This document shows, in pieces, positions 1 through 12,649 of a stretch of 64,000 nt of DNA. This DNA is from Takakia lepidozioides (lineage: Eukaryota; Plantae; Bryophyta). The DNA lies in NCBI GenBank assembly GCA_030704615.1, contig CM060733.1, positions 2,170,001 to 2,234,000 of the forward strand, written 5' to 3'. The translations under genes were made by a program, and so were the position numbers. The stretch's first letter is position 1. Each line of letters starts with the position of its first letter. The notes below the pieces were generated by a model. It worked only from the letters and a program-made list of their open reading frames with translations, was not told the origin of the DNA and ran no database searches.

Positions 1-519
1 GAATCTGGACCCACACTCTATCTCTGTTCCTTTCAGCTATCTATGCCCCTGCACAAATCATGCATACATCCTCGCCTTGATGCTAGCAGCTGACAATGAC
101 AGCCTAGAATTGCTTGAGCAAACACCCCAACCCTACTTATCACACTAGTTCCTATGCTGACTTGCGTTTGCTTCCAACAGGCATTCACCTTTTCCCTCGA
201 TTGTTCCACCATTGACTGAGGTCGGAAATGTATTCATCCCAGAGCTTCTCCTCGAGTCTCTGTTATCTATTTTTCGGTACTTTCCTGTCGACCACATTGG
301 CAGTAACATGTCAAAATCACTCCAAAACTACCATAGATCCACCAACAAGCTAACTTGCAGAATTCAACATGAAAATTTAGGGACGACTCTGATAGCAGGG
401 GAAAGCAGGGTGAAATATGTTGAAGAAGGTACCTTCATTAGCAGCGCCTTGTTCTATGAATTGTGCTGTTGCCGTTGCTGTTTCCAGTTGACCATCTACC
501 CACTTGTAGCTGCTGTGCT

Positions 520-727
520 ATTGAAGAAGGTGCCCCCTTCCCCCATCATTTGATCATAGGTCTCCAAAGCCTCCATACCATGTCCCCGCTCTGCATACCT
601 TGTAAGCATCACGTTCCATGACACCACATCTCGTTCAGCCATAGTGTTGAAAACTCCCTTCGCATCCTTAATGCACCCACTTTTGGCATACATGTCCACC
701 AGGGCAGTGTTCAGAATGACATCTGGT
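520..727 (-). pseudogene. PLS-class pentatricopeptide repeat (PPR) gene fragment
   Basis: ORF 496..699 reads MDMYAKSGCIKDAKGVFNTMAERDVVSWNVMLTRYAERGHGMEALETYDQM, near-identical to repeats in 13883-15100. Flanks 1-150 and 460-505 match the N-terminal/upstream regions of the copies at 13770-13900 and 15270-15445. Confidence 0.85.
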
Positions 728-734
728 AAATTTT

Positions 735-872
735 GTATTTGTTGCCAACCAACAGGATATCAGAAACGGGAAAGCTCCAAAACTTCGGAACCGGAGGATG
801 TGACCACAAAGTTAAAGTTAGACATCTGTAACCAGCTGATATAAAAAAAAATCAAATAACCACCCAACACTG
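735..872. mobile_element. Right end of a hAT-type MITE (same family as 26755-27106)
   Basis: Ends in aaatcaaataaccacccaacactg, matching the right TIR of the element at 26755-27106 (aaatcaaataaccgcccaacacgg). Contains the ggaaccggagg motif and abuts the truncated PPR fragment. Confidence 0.6.
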
Positions 873-1879
873 GTCTCTTCTGCCTCCACCTTACTTTGGT
901 GGGCTCTGCAAGCAGACCCACTTACAAAATGTAAAAATGGAACCACAACCATCTTCAAATGAATAGAAATGTCAATGAGAGGGGCCTCAACAGGCAGTGG
1001 CAATGGAATTTCAGCATACGTCACTGAAAATCAACACTATTGACTTTCTATTTTTTTTTTCTGCAAATGGCAAAAACTTTGAGACCCACATCAAGTAACT
1101 GTGCGTTTTTTTAGAGAATGTTCCTAATTTACCCCAAATTTGGACAGGGGTGAGGGGGGTAGGTGGGCTTTCAAAAGTTGCCTAATTTGAAAGATACTTG
1201 CATTTTTCATAGTAGAGCTCTTTTTTTTTAACTTACCGACTGGGTGCCTAAGAGTTAACTAAGTGGTTATATTGCAGTTTTTTTTGGCCAGTCTACTCCA
1301 TACCCTTCGGAAATTAGCTTTGATTGGAATTGGAATTTTGAAACAGGCTTTGTCTCCTTCCTCTCTTTCCTCGAGTTTTCCTTGTAAGAGTGGCAAAGGC
1401 AAGTGGCACCGTACCCTCGAATGAGACTGAACAGGAAAAAAATATGCAGCGAAAAGAAATAAGATTTTTTTTGCTGCGGCTTGCTCAGACATACACAGGT
1501 TACTTGGCTCCACTGTTATTGGCTCCACTGTTAGGCAGCCACAACCATCTTTTTTGGTGGGCCAACCCAAAAAATGGTATATAGTGGCATGGATAATATC
1601 GTAACTTCCTATCCTGAATCATCCACAGAAACTAACCTTACAACAATATCCCTTCCTACTACATCCATATGTCCCTCAATTATAAAAAACCAAAATGTGG
1701 TTTTTCCACATGGACTCTAAATTTACCCCAAGAAAAGCTTTGATCAAGCTCCACTTGTAGATTCTGGATTTTTTCCTGTGGAAATGCTCTGCATATTTTG
1801 ATGCCTGGGCACCCACATGGTTTAGGAGTCAAATCTCATCCCCATACGCCAAAAATTTGTAGGGGTCCTTTGTATGTGA

Positions 1880-3210
1880 GATATCTGCCGTTATCTAGCC
1901 CGAGTCCTAGAAATGCTGGTTCCAGGTCTAGATACCTTGATATCTGGGTTGAAATCCTGATGACTCCATACCGCCCAACACTCGTCTTGACCCTGAGTAC
2001 CAGGCGGGTCAGTGTCCGGGCGACCCGAATCCGTCTAAAAAATGAACCCGGACCAGCCTAGTGGATCCAGAACCGGCTACCCGTGGGACCGGTGTAGTGG
2101 CCTGTTCGATCCAGGTTTTAAGTTTATAAACATTACATCAAATAAAATATGGCACTTATCTTCGACTTACAGGGAGAGCTGTGAGAGCAGCCTCCCCTCT
2201 CTCACTCGAGCTCCTCGCAGGTAATCCTCCTCCTCTCTTATTTAGTTTTTTGTTGGCTCTGTCCTACAAGGGATAGAGGCATTATGGAGACATCTTGCCG
2301 AGGTGGAGATCTAGGCTTATCCATTAAGCCTAGTCTATGGAGGGTTGATGGGCATCATTCACGAAGCCGTGGAAAAAGTATAAAACAACAACCCCAAGAT
2401 CACCGAAGGAAAGAGCAAGGTCATAGCCTCTTGTGGCGGAGCCGCTTGTTTGTTTAGGGTGTGGTGTGTAGTTTTTTCCTATAATCATCTATGAGATATA
2501 AAATTCTTCTTTTTAATTTTTTTTTTTTTTTGTAACTTCCTTCGTGAAGGAGCCATATATATCCATGGTACATCTTGAAAGAATATGTCTTACAGTTTTT
2601 TTTTTTTTTTTAATAAAAAAAAATCACCATTAGGTTTTAGTTCTCTTTCCAGCCAATTTTTAAAAATGTACTTAATCTCATTTTTCTAATTTATTTAATC
2701 AATGAATTAGGACCTGGACCCGGACTTGTGAACCTGCTAACATTTTCCAGCAACTACTTAGACCCGAGCTCATGTTCAAATACCCAGACCCAAACCCCGA
2801 CCAGGCGGGTTCCTTAGAAAGGCACTACATGCACAACAATGGTATATTGCCAACACTTCAAACGAGTGTTGTGTGGGTCCGGGTTTTGACCTCGGGTACC
2901 AGGGTCTGGGTTACCTGACCCCTACCCGGACCTGTGTCATAACCAAAAACCCGGACCGTGACTCCGGTCCATTTCTAATAAAATGAACCCGGAACCGGAC
3001 CCGCCTGCTAGGTCCAAAACCCTTTATACCCGCTACCCCCGTGGGCTAGTGCAGCAGGTTGGATCTGGGTTTTAATTTTTAATAATAAATAAATATAATT
3101 ATTAGAAAAAATGCAATACTTACTTTGTACTTGCGTAGATACTTGAGAGCAACTCTCCTCCCTCCCAGGATCATCTCATCGCAGATACTACTCATCCTCT
3201 CTCTTTGCAT
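1880..3210. repeat. Two diverged copies of an ACCCG/CCGG-rich interspersed repeat (probable non-autonomous DNA transposon remnants)
   Basis: 2040-2240 and 2980-3210 share the order aatgaacccgga...ccgtggg..gatc.gg.ttt..AT-rich..gagagca..ctc..cgcag. Many gacccg/cgggt motifs. Confidence 0.45.
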
Positions 3211-6200
3211 TTGGTTTGTTGTGTGTTAGGATGGGGCATGCGGGATCCATCTAAGATGTGGTTAGTTTTGCAATTTGTGTGGAGGGGACGAGCAGGGAGG
3301 CGGATGTAGCCAGCCCCCACCACTCAAGGTATGCCATCTCGACAACCAAGTTGTAGCCCAGTGTGGTAATGAGCACATACCACCTCAAAAGTGGTTGCGG
3401 GTTCCACGCACTAGTGTCACAAAGTTGTCCAACTTCCTACCGGAAGGCCATAGCCTTTCGGGATTGGGGGTTGGTATCATGTGAGCATAGCGTGTGCATG
3501 CTCGCATGAGCACAACCCCCGGTCATGGGAGTTTTATGTTTTTAAACTTCGGTCATAGGAGTTATATGTTTTCAAAACGGAATAAATCCATAAGCGGGTA
3601 TAGAGGACTGGTGCATTTGTATAGTACATTTGTGCCAATTCAGCGAGGCGAAACCTTCAGTAGTGTAGCCAAAAACCCTAAACCTGTAGTGGCGGCAGTG
3701 AATTTCGCATTGAGAAATACTTGGTGATATGGGCACAAACTAAAAAGACACTACTTGGTTCAAACTTGTACTGCTTCAATTTTCCGAAACCTGTGGAGGA
3801 CTTTCACAATCTTCTCTATAGAGGTGGGGATGACTTGCAAGCACAAGGACTGACATACAAAAGCTTGCTGCACTTGACATTGTGGGAGAACATGAAGGAT
3901 GGAATCCACAGATCTAGAAGGCAATAAAAGACATCATCCGAGTCTTTGGCGCTGCTCTATTTAACCTTGCTACCGGCGGCACACAACCCCCTTCAAACCT
4001 AGGCCCCTTATTATTCAGCTCACTCTCCCTATTAATTAATAGCCTAATGGTTTGTCCTCCAAATTTAAATTTAGAGGGCACTAGGACCTCCCTTATTAGG
4101 AATTCACAAGGGCACCTTGGGCTTCAAGGTGTGAGACCTGCACCATCTACACGGGCCGTTGCTATATATACTCAAGCTATATATACTCAACCCTATACCT
4201 TGTGGGTTCAGGCTGCCGTAGATGGTTCTGGAAGCCCGCCCACGTGTGCTCACCCCTCTTTAAATGGCATTAGCACTCACGATGTCGCTGACAGCGACAG
4301 CGAGGTGCTGCCAGATGGTTTTCGAATTTTGGCCCTGCACACATGTCTTTCTCCTATGGTTGCATCCAATGTTGGTCTGGTATCTGGGTTTCGCCGGATA
4401 TCAACCCGGGTCTCTCCTAACCTAACCTACTTTCTCTATTCCCGTAAACATTTGTAGTACCCTACCAGAAGGTTCTCGAGTTCCCTGGCGGCGGTTAGGG
4501 TTCTCCTTTCCCCGCCCCCTACCAGAGCTTGACTTGTCACTGCAGGTCTGTTGGGGTATCATGTTAATATGCACATATAGACATTATGGATGCACGGTAC
4601 TTTGTAATGTAGAGTAGAGATTTAGGGCTATGGGCATATACTAGCTGTTTTGATTATAACAATGACACTTTGATCTTCATTTGCGAGACACTATGGATGC
4701 AATTCTGATTTAGTGTATAATTGTATGGGGGTTGGTATCCTATGAGATGAGCAGGTTTCCCTTGTGGTTTTCTTGAACATTGAAATGGCCATCTAAACAG
4801 TTCAGATGGCCATTTCAATATTGAATTTGAATACTAGTACCATTTTTATTTTTTTAATACCATATCCGAGTACATATTTCTAGGTTATTGACATTCAAAT
4901 ACCATTGCTCATATCCGAATTGATTTTTTTTTTAAACCACTCTATGCATAGCAGATTCATACTTGAAAAAATCAGGGGCTGCATTATTGGAAAACCTACC
5001 TGCCTTAAAAAAATTCAGCACTGCATACCAGGACCCTTAAGATACCAGACCAACATTGGTTGCATCCACCCCTCCAACTATACCCCGGATCTCCCTCTCT
5101 ATTGGCTGTTCCCACCCGCTCTATGTCCATCAACATCCTTAATTAAATCTTGCTTACATTTTCCTTCCTATTTTTTTGCACCCCTGTTTGTCGCCCAAAG
5201 CCCCTTTTGCTCGTTCCGTTCCGTTCCCTCCTTTTCTAATTCTTGAATCATCCTCTAATCACAGCCCACACACACTTGAGGGGCTTATACAGGGCCAGGG
5301 CGGCCCTGGATTAAATTAGCATTGGCTGACCAATCACAGCCAAGGTCCAAAGATAAGCATATCTTCTGCAAGGTATCTGGGTATACCTTGAATCAGGTGT
5401 ATTTTTACCAACACTAAGGAAACTTTTGAATTTGATGGACTCCAAAATGAATAATGGCTCAGCATTTCAACAGATTTATCCCCAGAGCCTTTCAAGACAC
5501 AGCAGCATCCAACGGCTATTTATTCAGAAAATTGGTAACACACTGGGCCTGCCCAGCTGGAGCTTCCCGCCCTTACAAAAACTTGGTCCAAGTACCAAGT
5601 ACCAAGTCATTTTCTCCTCTCACCATTAAGGGGCCTGATTTGTGAGCTGCGGTCGCTCCCAGGTGTTTCCCTTTAAAAAAAAATAAAAAAATGTACCAAG
5701 TTTGGCTATGGCCATAACTAACTATCCTCACCAAGTCAAAAACTTTGGGTCATGCAACAATTTGTCACATTGCCAAGCTGAACAAGCGGCTCGTTGTAAG
5801 TAGAGGTGTTACTTGCGGGTACAACAGGAAACTAGTAATGGCTTCCATCCATAGGGAAACAGACACCCATATCCAAGTTATGCTGCTCCGCCCAGGTGAC
5901 ATCAAAGATTAGGCGGTAGTCAAGACAAAACACTTACTTTTACCCGTGGAAGATGTCGGCCCCCTGTGATGAAACCCTGCAGATTTTAGTAAACACGAAA
6001 ACAAAACGTGATGGCAGAGTGCGAGTGATAAGTTATAAGTAGTAAGGAGTTGTTTGAGTTCCCCCCATCCACGGGTGACGGGACCACAAACAGTTTGCTT
6101 TCATTACGTTGGTGGACCGAGGCGGACCATTGACTATTGAGTCAGCCACAAGGAATTGTCAACATTTTGGATCTTGTGTGGGTCTTTGTCCATCAGGCAC

Positions 6201-7810
6201 CAAAAATTCCCTGGCATCCACTCAGAATCCATTGATACGTCCCCACGTGTGTTGAACTGGGTCTGAGTCTCTGACCTGCACTGGGACTCGCGAGTGCGTA
6301 TCATTATCACAGGTGGTGAGGAGTAATAAAGGATGGCGTTGAAAACATCTTCGAAACAACTTCGTTCATTCGCGCAATCTTAGTATAAGTATGCAATTGC
6401 GACAATTATCCATCTCACTTGCATTATCCCTGAGCACAAATCATTCTGAACGACGGACCCTGCGAACGACCACTCATTCATTTATTCACCGTCCACCGAT
6501 CACTGATGCCATTGATAGTTCCTAGCGTCCAACACACAGATTTTTACAAACCAACAACATGTTGAGACTGCCGGGAAAGTGATAATGTCACTGTAGGAAA
6601 TAACGAAATATGTAAGTAGCATGAATTCAGACAGATGGTCTGAGAGGTCATCTCACTTTGTTGGTGGGGCAATGGAAGCTCCTCCCACATTTGGACAGCC
6701 CTGGATGTGCCAAGGGAAACATGGCATGAGTGTGTGATTGCTTATCAACTGGAAGCCACATCAGCAGCAACAGAGGCAGGATGTATGCATTGTTAGTGTG
6801 GAGGGAGGGGTAGTTGTTGATGCAGGGAGAGGATTGTGGGTGTAGAATCTAGCGGTGGGACAACATCGTCAACAATGTGAGCTTTCTTCATGCAACATCG
6901 TATAAGGGAGTTTGACATAACTTTGTATTCAAATATGTTAGTGTGGAGGGAGGGCTAGCTGCTGATGCAGGGATGGACTGTGGGTTCAAAATCACCCAAA
7001 GAGGGCTACCAGCAGTGGAAGTATATAAGCAGCACTTGGTCAATAACAGCAGCAAGAATTAGCAACGACAGACTTATCAATCAGGTACTTGCTGCTGTAC
7101 ACATTTCATCCTCTTATCAGCGTAGTCCCTGCTTGGACAGCCTATAGGGCTGTAAAATGCAGAACTTTGGAACCTTCCAACCCGGGTGCCTTGTCATTGG
7201 CATATCAAGGTCTGATTTGAAATGCTTTCATTGCATTTTGCAGGTGAACTCATCATGGAAGAAGAGTCGGAAGTAAAAGTCCCGAGGAGATGCATCACAA
7301 AACATGTTTGGTTCTGTGTTCACTATGCAAGGTGTCACATACAAATACATCCGAGCAGAAATTCTAGGTGATGAGGTTGTCTCAGAAAAATTTCATGGGT
7401 TAGCATGGTACCAAAAGGTTTGAGGAGGGGTCTATACGTACGATTTGACGGATAACATGATGGTTGATTTGGATTCCATTATTGCATTAGCATGTTTAAA
7501 GTACAATGTCAAGTCAAACACATATGTACGATGCAAATGACCGGAAAGTCTTTGACAATTTTATCAAAGGCAAATAAATATTTTTATTTATTTAATAGAT
7601 GTTATTTTGTTTTTAATGAATAAATTTGATATAATATAAAAACATACATATACATATTGGAGGGTATTTTTTAATGATTGAAAAGGGGAATACACATATA
7701 GAAGGGGGTAATTTTTTGTATATTTATAAGAGGGGGTTTTATAATCTTCAAAAAATATGTACAGAGGGGGTATAAATTATCCAAGGACCAATATACATGG
7801 GTTTTTTTTA

Positions 7811-8505
7811 TTAGGCGGCGAACGCACGTGATACGCACAGTTTATGAAGAGTGCACCCCCCAGGAAGTGGCCTAAACTTGGGATCGTTTGAAACATTGGG
7901 AAAAAGACTCAACCCTATTTTTTTTTTCCTAAGATAGCTTGAAACAGTGGGATGTTTCCTCATTCCAAGCAAATAGGTTTGAAGAACCTTGAGAATATAG
8001 CAACCATCAGTCTCCACGGTCTGGAACCGTTTCAGAACAAGACATGAGTCGGGCGGGTTCAATACATACTTCATGGCGGTGTCGTCAATGAGCAGAGTGT
8101 TACTCTTGGTGTATTGTCCACCAAATCTCTGCCAGACCTTGACCAGTGGCTTCAAAAACAAATGAGGAGGTCCAATCTTGATTTGAATTGAGGGTGAACC
8201 GAAGTAGGACACGAAATACAATCCTCTTGAGACATAATGAAGGCCTGTTGAGGGAGACCACGAAGCAAAAAATCCAGGATTGGCTGCAAGTTCTTGTACA
8301 TCATAGAGCTCCAAATCCCTAACTTGAAGTGTTTGTGCAACTCTGTCCACACTTCGCGATATTTCTCCCGTCTAAAGACAAGTCGGAATCCGACAAGAGC
8401 TGGAATTCTGTAGTCCGATTCTGAAAACCGGGGGACATTGTAGCTCTTCTGGTGCTTCAAGATTTTGCACAAGACTCCATTCACGTCAAAAATAATCAAA
8501 CGCAA
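7811..8505 (-). pseudogene. FCP1/NIF-like HAD-family phosphatase (frameshifted)
   Basis: Two overlapping ORFs give LIIFDVNGVL (HAD motif I variant), FKLGIWSS, FIMSQEDC, then LFLKPLVKVW and NTLLIDDT..K..LNP. Frameshift near 8170-8195. Confidence 0.75.
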
Positions 8506-8977
8506 CCCTTGCGCAGGAGGAGAAACAGGTGCTCCAATCTGCCAGAGAGTTATTCATACTTAGGATGATAAAAAGGGAACAATACAATGCATTGGAAAAA
8601 CTGACACCAGGCAAGTGAACAAGAACGTCCACTGGACAGCCGAGGTTCACCAAACTCAATTAAAATATTTTATGTCCCAATGCAGCGGTACGCAACTCGT
8701 GATTGCTAAGGAACTTCTGCCACTTATAATCAAAGTCTCTAAGAAATTTGACCGTTGGGTCGTCTTCGAAGAAATCCTTCGTAACGCCAAACGGATGTAG
8801 CTCATTGAATGACATGACATCCATCCCGAATAACCGGAATATGTTAAGGTGAGACTTGAGCTCTTCCAGTAGAAACTTATCTCTGTCAGGGTCCACGAGC
8901 GCTTTATATTTTGGAAGGAAGATGGTATGTCATAACGGGTTCAAGTAGGACTTGTACATATTGTCTACATTGTCAAT

Positions 8978-9620
8978 GACAATGGATTGCGAGACTTGAG
9001 GTCGGGTCTGTTTTGGGAGATGGTGCGGGTTCTGCGCCACTTACAGCTTCATCAAACTGTATCTCTAGCATACATATTGGAGAATGTGTCATCGTTAGGC
9101 GATTCTCGGGCTAGGGTGATGGCCAGTGTGTATCAAGTCCGGTCATGGCTTGGGTCAGCAGTGTTGTTGGATGCAGCTGCAGTGGGGTCAAGGGCTCATT
9201 GCCCACGGCTATGGTGGACTAACTTGATGCCACCCGCACTGCTCAAGTGTGCATTTGATGGGGTGTAGCGGCCAGCACACCTCACAGTAGATAACATTCT
9301 GGACACAGAAAGACAGTCTCAACGTGTGAGACACGATGACCGTTCGCCTTTAGTAGTGGTCAACAAGGTGGGTCAACCATGAGCAACACTACCTACACTG
9401 CTCAGCTTTCCTGGATCACATGTTTTTCGGGATAGTGGACTTGGCCTCCTGTGGGATGCTCAGTTGCAGCAGTTAGTGGAGCCTAATGCTGATGAGCACG
9501 AGTGGGCTACGGGTTTTTCCACTGGAACCACGGCAGTGCATTCTCTTTCTAAGGCATCACGCCGTCAGGTGATGGAGCAAGCAATGGATCTCAATTGCTT
9601 GACCGGGATCATTAGCCTGA
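8978..9620 (+). pseudogene. DNMT3-like C5-cytosine DNA methyltransferase domain (retrotransposon-borne; motifs after IV through X)
   Basis: A single frame with two premature stops (TAG 9266, TGA 9380) reads GLRDLRSGLFWEMVRVL, YILENV (motif VI), LLDAAAVGSRAHCPRLWWTNL (motif VIII, cf. DNMT3 DAKEVSAAHRARYFWGNL), EHEWATGFSTGTT (IX), SRRQVMEQAMD (X). Motifs I-IV are not visible because of the 5' truncation. Confidence 0.82.
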
Positions 9621-10521
9621 GTATGGCTGAGCAGCGTAGGTTGCGGATAACTTCTCCCACTACATGTCCTTTGATAGACTCCCTGCCTACCGAGATCGTA
9701 CAGGCAGTGAGTGGGGGCGAGCAGGTGAGGACCACGGGGTGCAGACATCCATGGCACACGTGGGAGGTGTTCGAAGTTCAGAGGGAGTTGGCAGCCAAGG
9801 CGGCAGTGATGGATGAGGTTGGGGATTCTTCTCGGGTTGAGGAGGTCCTTAAGGATGAGATGATGGGGCAGAATGAGGCCTTGTCATTGACAGAGCAGGC
9901 AGTAGGCACTGCTCAAGAGGTTGCAGCATAGCAACCACGGGACGCGTGTCCTACCTCTAAGTCTGCTGGACTTAAGGTTGCAGTTATGGAGAACAATTGG
10001 AGCCTGACATTGGACTCATTGTCATCGAAGAGAGACGACGTATATGGCAGTTCCTAAGGGCTTACAGGAATTGTTTTGCCTCTCGTGCTACGGTGGATGA
10101 GCATGAGAGACATGTTCAGGTGGTGCATCAACCGGGTTTGGTCAATCGGGATGCAGATGGATTGAGTCGCAATCCATGCACGAGCCAGCAGGATGACACT
10201 GGAGCTCGGTGGCATGGTAAGACGGACAAGGAGATGGTGCCGGGATGGCATGCATCTGTCTTTTTGTGTATCTTGGCATCGAGAGGTCAGGTTGGACCTA
10301 CAATAGGGATGATTGAAGACGGAGTGTCTGAGGACCCTGAGGCTAGTGATAAGGCAGGTGGTGCCAGAGATATATATGAGGATTCGGTTGTGTTGGACTA
10401 CCTCCGCAATGGAGACACGACAACCACTGTGACTGCCAAGGAGAGGGATCGGATCCTGCAACAACCCAAGAGGTTCAAGTGGGAGGGGATACACCTGCTC
10501 CGAGTGTAGGAGGCTGGTCGG

Positions 10522-11550
10522 GTGAGGATTGGGCCTCACCCAACACAGCGTGCACGGTTAGTGCGGCATGCCCATGAGGAGTTGGGGCATTTTGGAGTGC
10601 GGTGCATTCACAGTTTACTGCAGGGGCAGTATTGGTGGCGTGGTATGCACACAGATGTGCAACGGTTCGTGCCTAGGTGCATGGTGTGTGATAGGGTGCG
10701 TGCTTCATTCAACGCCCATACACCCCAGTTGCATCATCTTCCAATCATGGGATTAGGCTACAGGTGGAGTCTTGACTTCGCAGGACCGTTGCCACTGACG
10801 ATGCGTCACCACCGATATGTGTTGGTGATGGTAGAGCACTTCTCCAAGTGGATTGAGTTGGTTCCGTTGCCTGACAAGGCTAGTGAGGGGGCTGCGTATG
10901 CATTCTTGGATCATATGCTTAGCCGATTCGGTGGTCCAACTAAGGTACTCACGGACCAAGGGAGAGAGTTCTTGGGGAGTTTCAGGCTTTGTGTGATAAA
11001 GCCTTGATAGACCACCGCAGCACTTCTCGGGATCATCTTGAGGCCGATGGCTTGGCAGAGAGAGTTGTTTATACAGTGAAGAGGGGTTTGCGCAAGTATG
11101 GCTTGCAGAAGGGACACCTAGGAGATTGGGATCTTCAGGTGCCTTGGTTAGCCATGGGCTACAGGTTCAGCAAACAAGCATCACTTGTCTCTTTCTCACC
11201 ATATTTCCTTCTCTTTGGCCGAGAGCCGGATTTGCTTGCAGCCATTCGTAGGGACACTGCTCAAGTCCTTAATCTTGACGATCCGGACGTGTGGGTACGT
11301 GCATGTGATCAGCGTGCAGAGTTGTTCAAGAAAGTCATGCCCATGGCTTTTGAGAACCTTGCCATTGCATAGCACCGTGACATGTTGAGGTATGCCACTA
11401 TACGTGGTAGAGGATATCGTCCCGGGGTTCGGAGGTTTAGCCTTGGTGACTATGTTTCTTTGCAGCAGACTGCTCCTACGACCTTGGATGTGACTGCAGG
11501 GCGTGTTATTCTGAGGGTTCGAGAGGTGTTGCCCTCAGGGGTCCTGATCT
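10522..11550 (+). pseudogene. Ty3/Gypsy integrase (HHCC zinc-binding + DDE core), frameshifted
   Basis: HEELGHFG...YWWRGM...CMVC, WSLDFAGP, VEHFSKW, LTDQGREF, ADGLAERVV, FSPYFLLFGR. Frameshift near 10975 and a stop at 11370. Confidence 0.92.
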
Positions 11551-11734
11551 ACCTGGCTACGATGACGTGGCGACGAAACGTGGCGACGATAATGTGGCAC
11601 TATGGCACCCTATTCCTGCTCTACGGGATGGCATGACTTGGAAGGATCATGTGCGTAATTGTGCGCCATGTCACCTTCCTAATCTCAATGATAGAGTTGA
11701 CCCAAACTTGGCGGTGGTACCTGCAAGTTTGAGG

Positions 11735-11878
11735 TGCATGCTTTGTAGGTCTGCCAAAGGGGCAGCCACCATGCCGGTGTGTGACCGATGCTCAAGAGGT
11801 TGGCACATGGGATGCTTGACACCACCTCTTGAGAAGGTTCCTGATGGAGATTGGTTATGTCCACACTGCTATGAATAG
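11735..11878 (+). other. PHD finger at the C-terminus of the Gypsy integrase
   Basis: CMLC...MPVCDRCSRGWHMGCLTPPLEKVPDGDWLCPHC is a canonical C4HC3 PHD. Confidence 0.92.
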
Positions 11879-12138
11879 TGGTAGTGGATATGACCAGTGA
11901 CAGCAAACAAGACATGGGCGGTCAAGCTCATATGAGTCAATACAAAAGATCCCAGGTTCAAGTTCACAGGTTGCAAGACGACGACTAACGATGGGGCTAT
12001 TCTTGTACCCGGCCTCTTGATCTATCGAGTTTGAGTGTAGTAGGGACAGTGGTGGAGGACTTAGTGAGGCTATGGTCACTACCACATCTTGTGGCTACCT
12101 GGACTTAGAGGGACCTAAGCACCAGCTAGGAGGGCGAT

Positions 12139-12450
12139 TGTGATGGACTAGTGACTGCCATAGTGGGCAGCCTAGTGATTAGTGACAGCCTAGTGACTAG
12201 TGATAGCCTAGTGGTTGGACTAGTGGCTCGACTAGTGGTATACTAGTATATGGTGTGCACATGTGTTGTGTGGTTTTGGACAACGACGTAGTTGTGTATC
12301 GATATGTATGCGCACGACAGCTGTCAAGTTATTTCACCACTAGTGTGAAACTAGCTAAAATAGCTAGCTTTTATATATTGACATTTGGGATTGGCCCAAG
12401 CGTCAATCCAGGGATCAAGGCAGATTTAGGCCCTGGAGTGGTTATCTTCA
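12139..12450 (+). repeat. 3' LTR of the DNMT-Gypsy (probably internally deleted)
   Basis: Starts with TG right after the PPT and ends ...gttatcttCA. Its first ~180 bp are repeated at 12650-12816. Confidence 0.6.
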
Positions 12451-12649
12451 CGGCAAGCGCGGGAGGCTCATCTTTCTCGAGTTGAGCCTCACCGCGCCTA
12501 GCTATGGCGCCATAGTGTGGATTTCCTATGGCGTGGGGTGCACTTGGCTTGACTTGTATTTGAGTGATGAGTTTATATATGCATGAGTTTATGCTTCAGC
12601 TTTGTGAGCTCGCATGAGCTTGTGCTTGTATTCTTCTTCTTTCTCCGAT

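Noticed and set aside
3200-4500. Possible solo LTR or other TE
   Set aside because: No TG..CA pair, TSD, PBS or coding motif could be fixed.
4779-4819. 19-bp near-perfect hairpin attgaaatggccatct...agatggccatttcaat
   Set aside because: It is real but short and isolated, with no support for a miRNA or terminator. It is probably a TE remnant.
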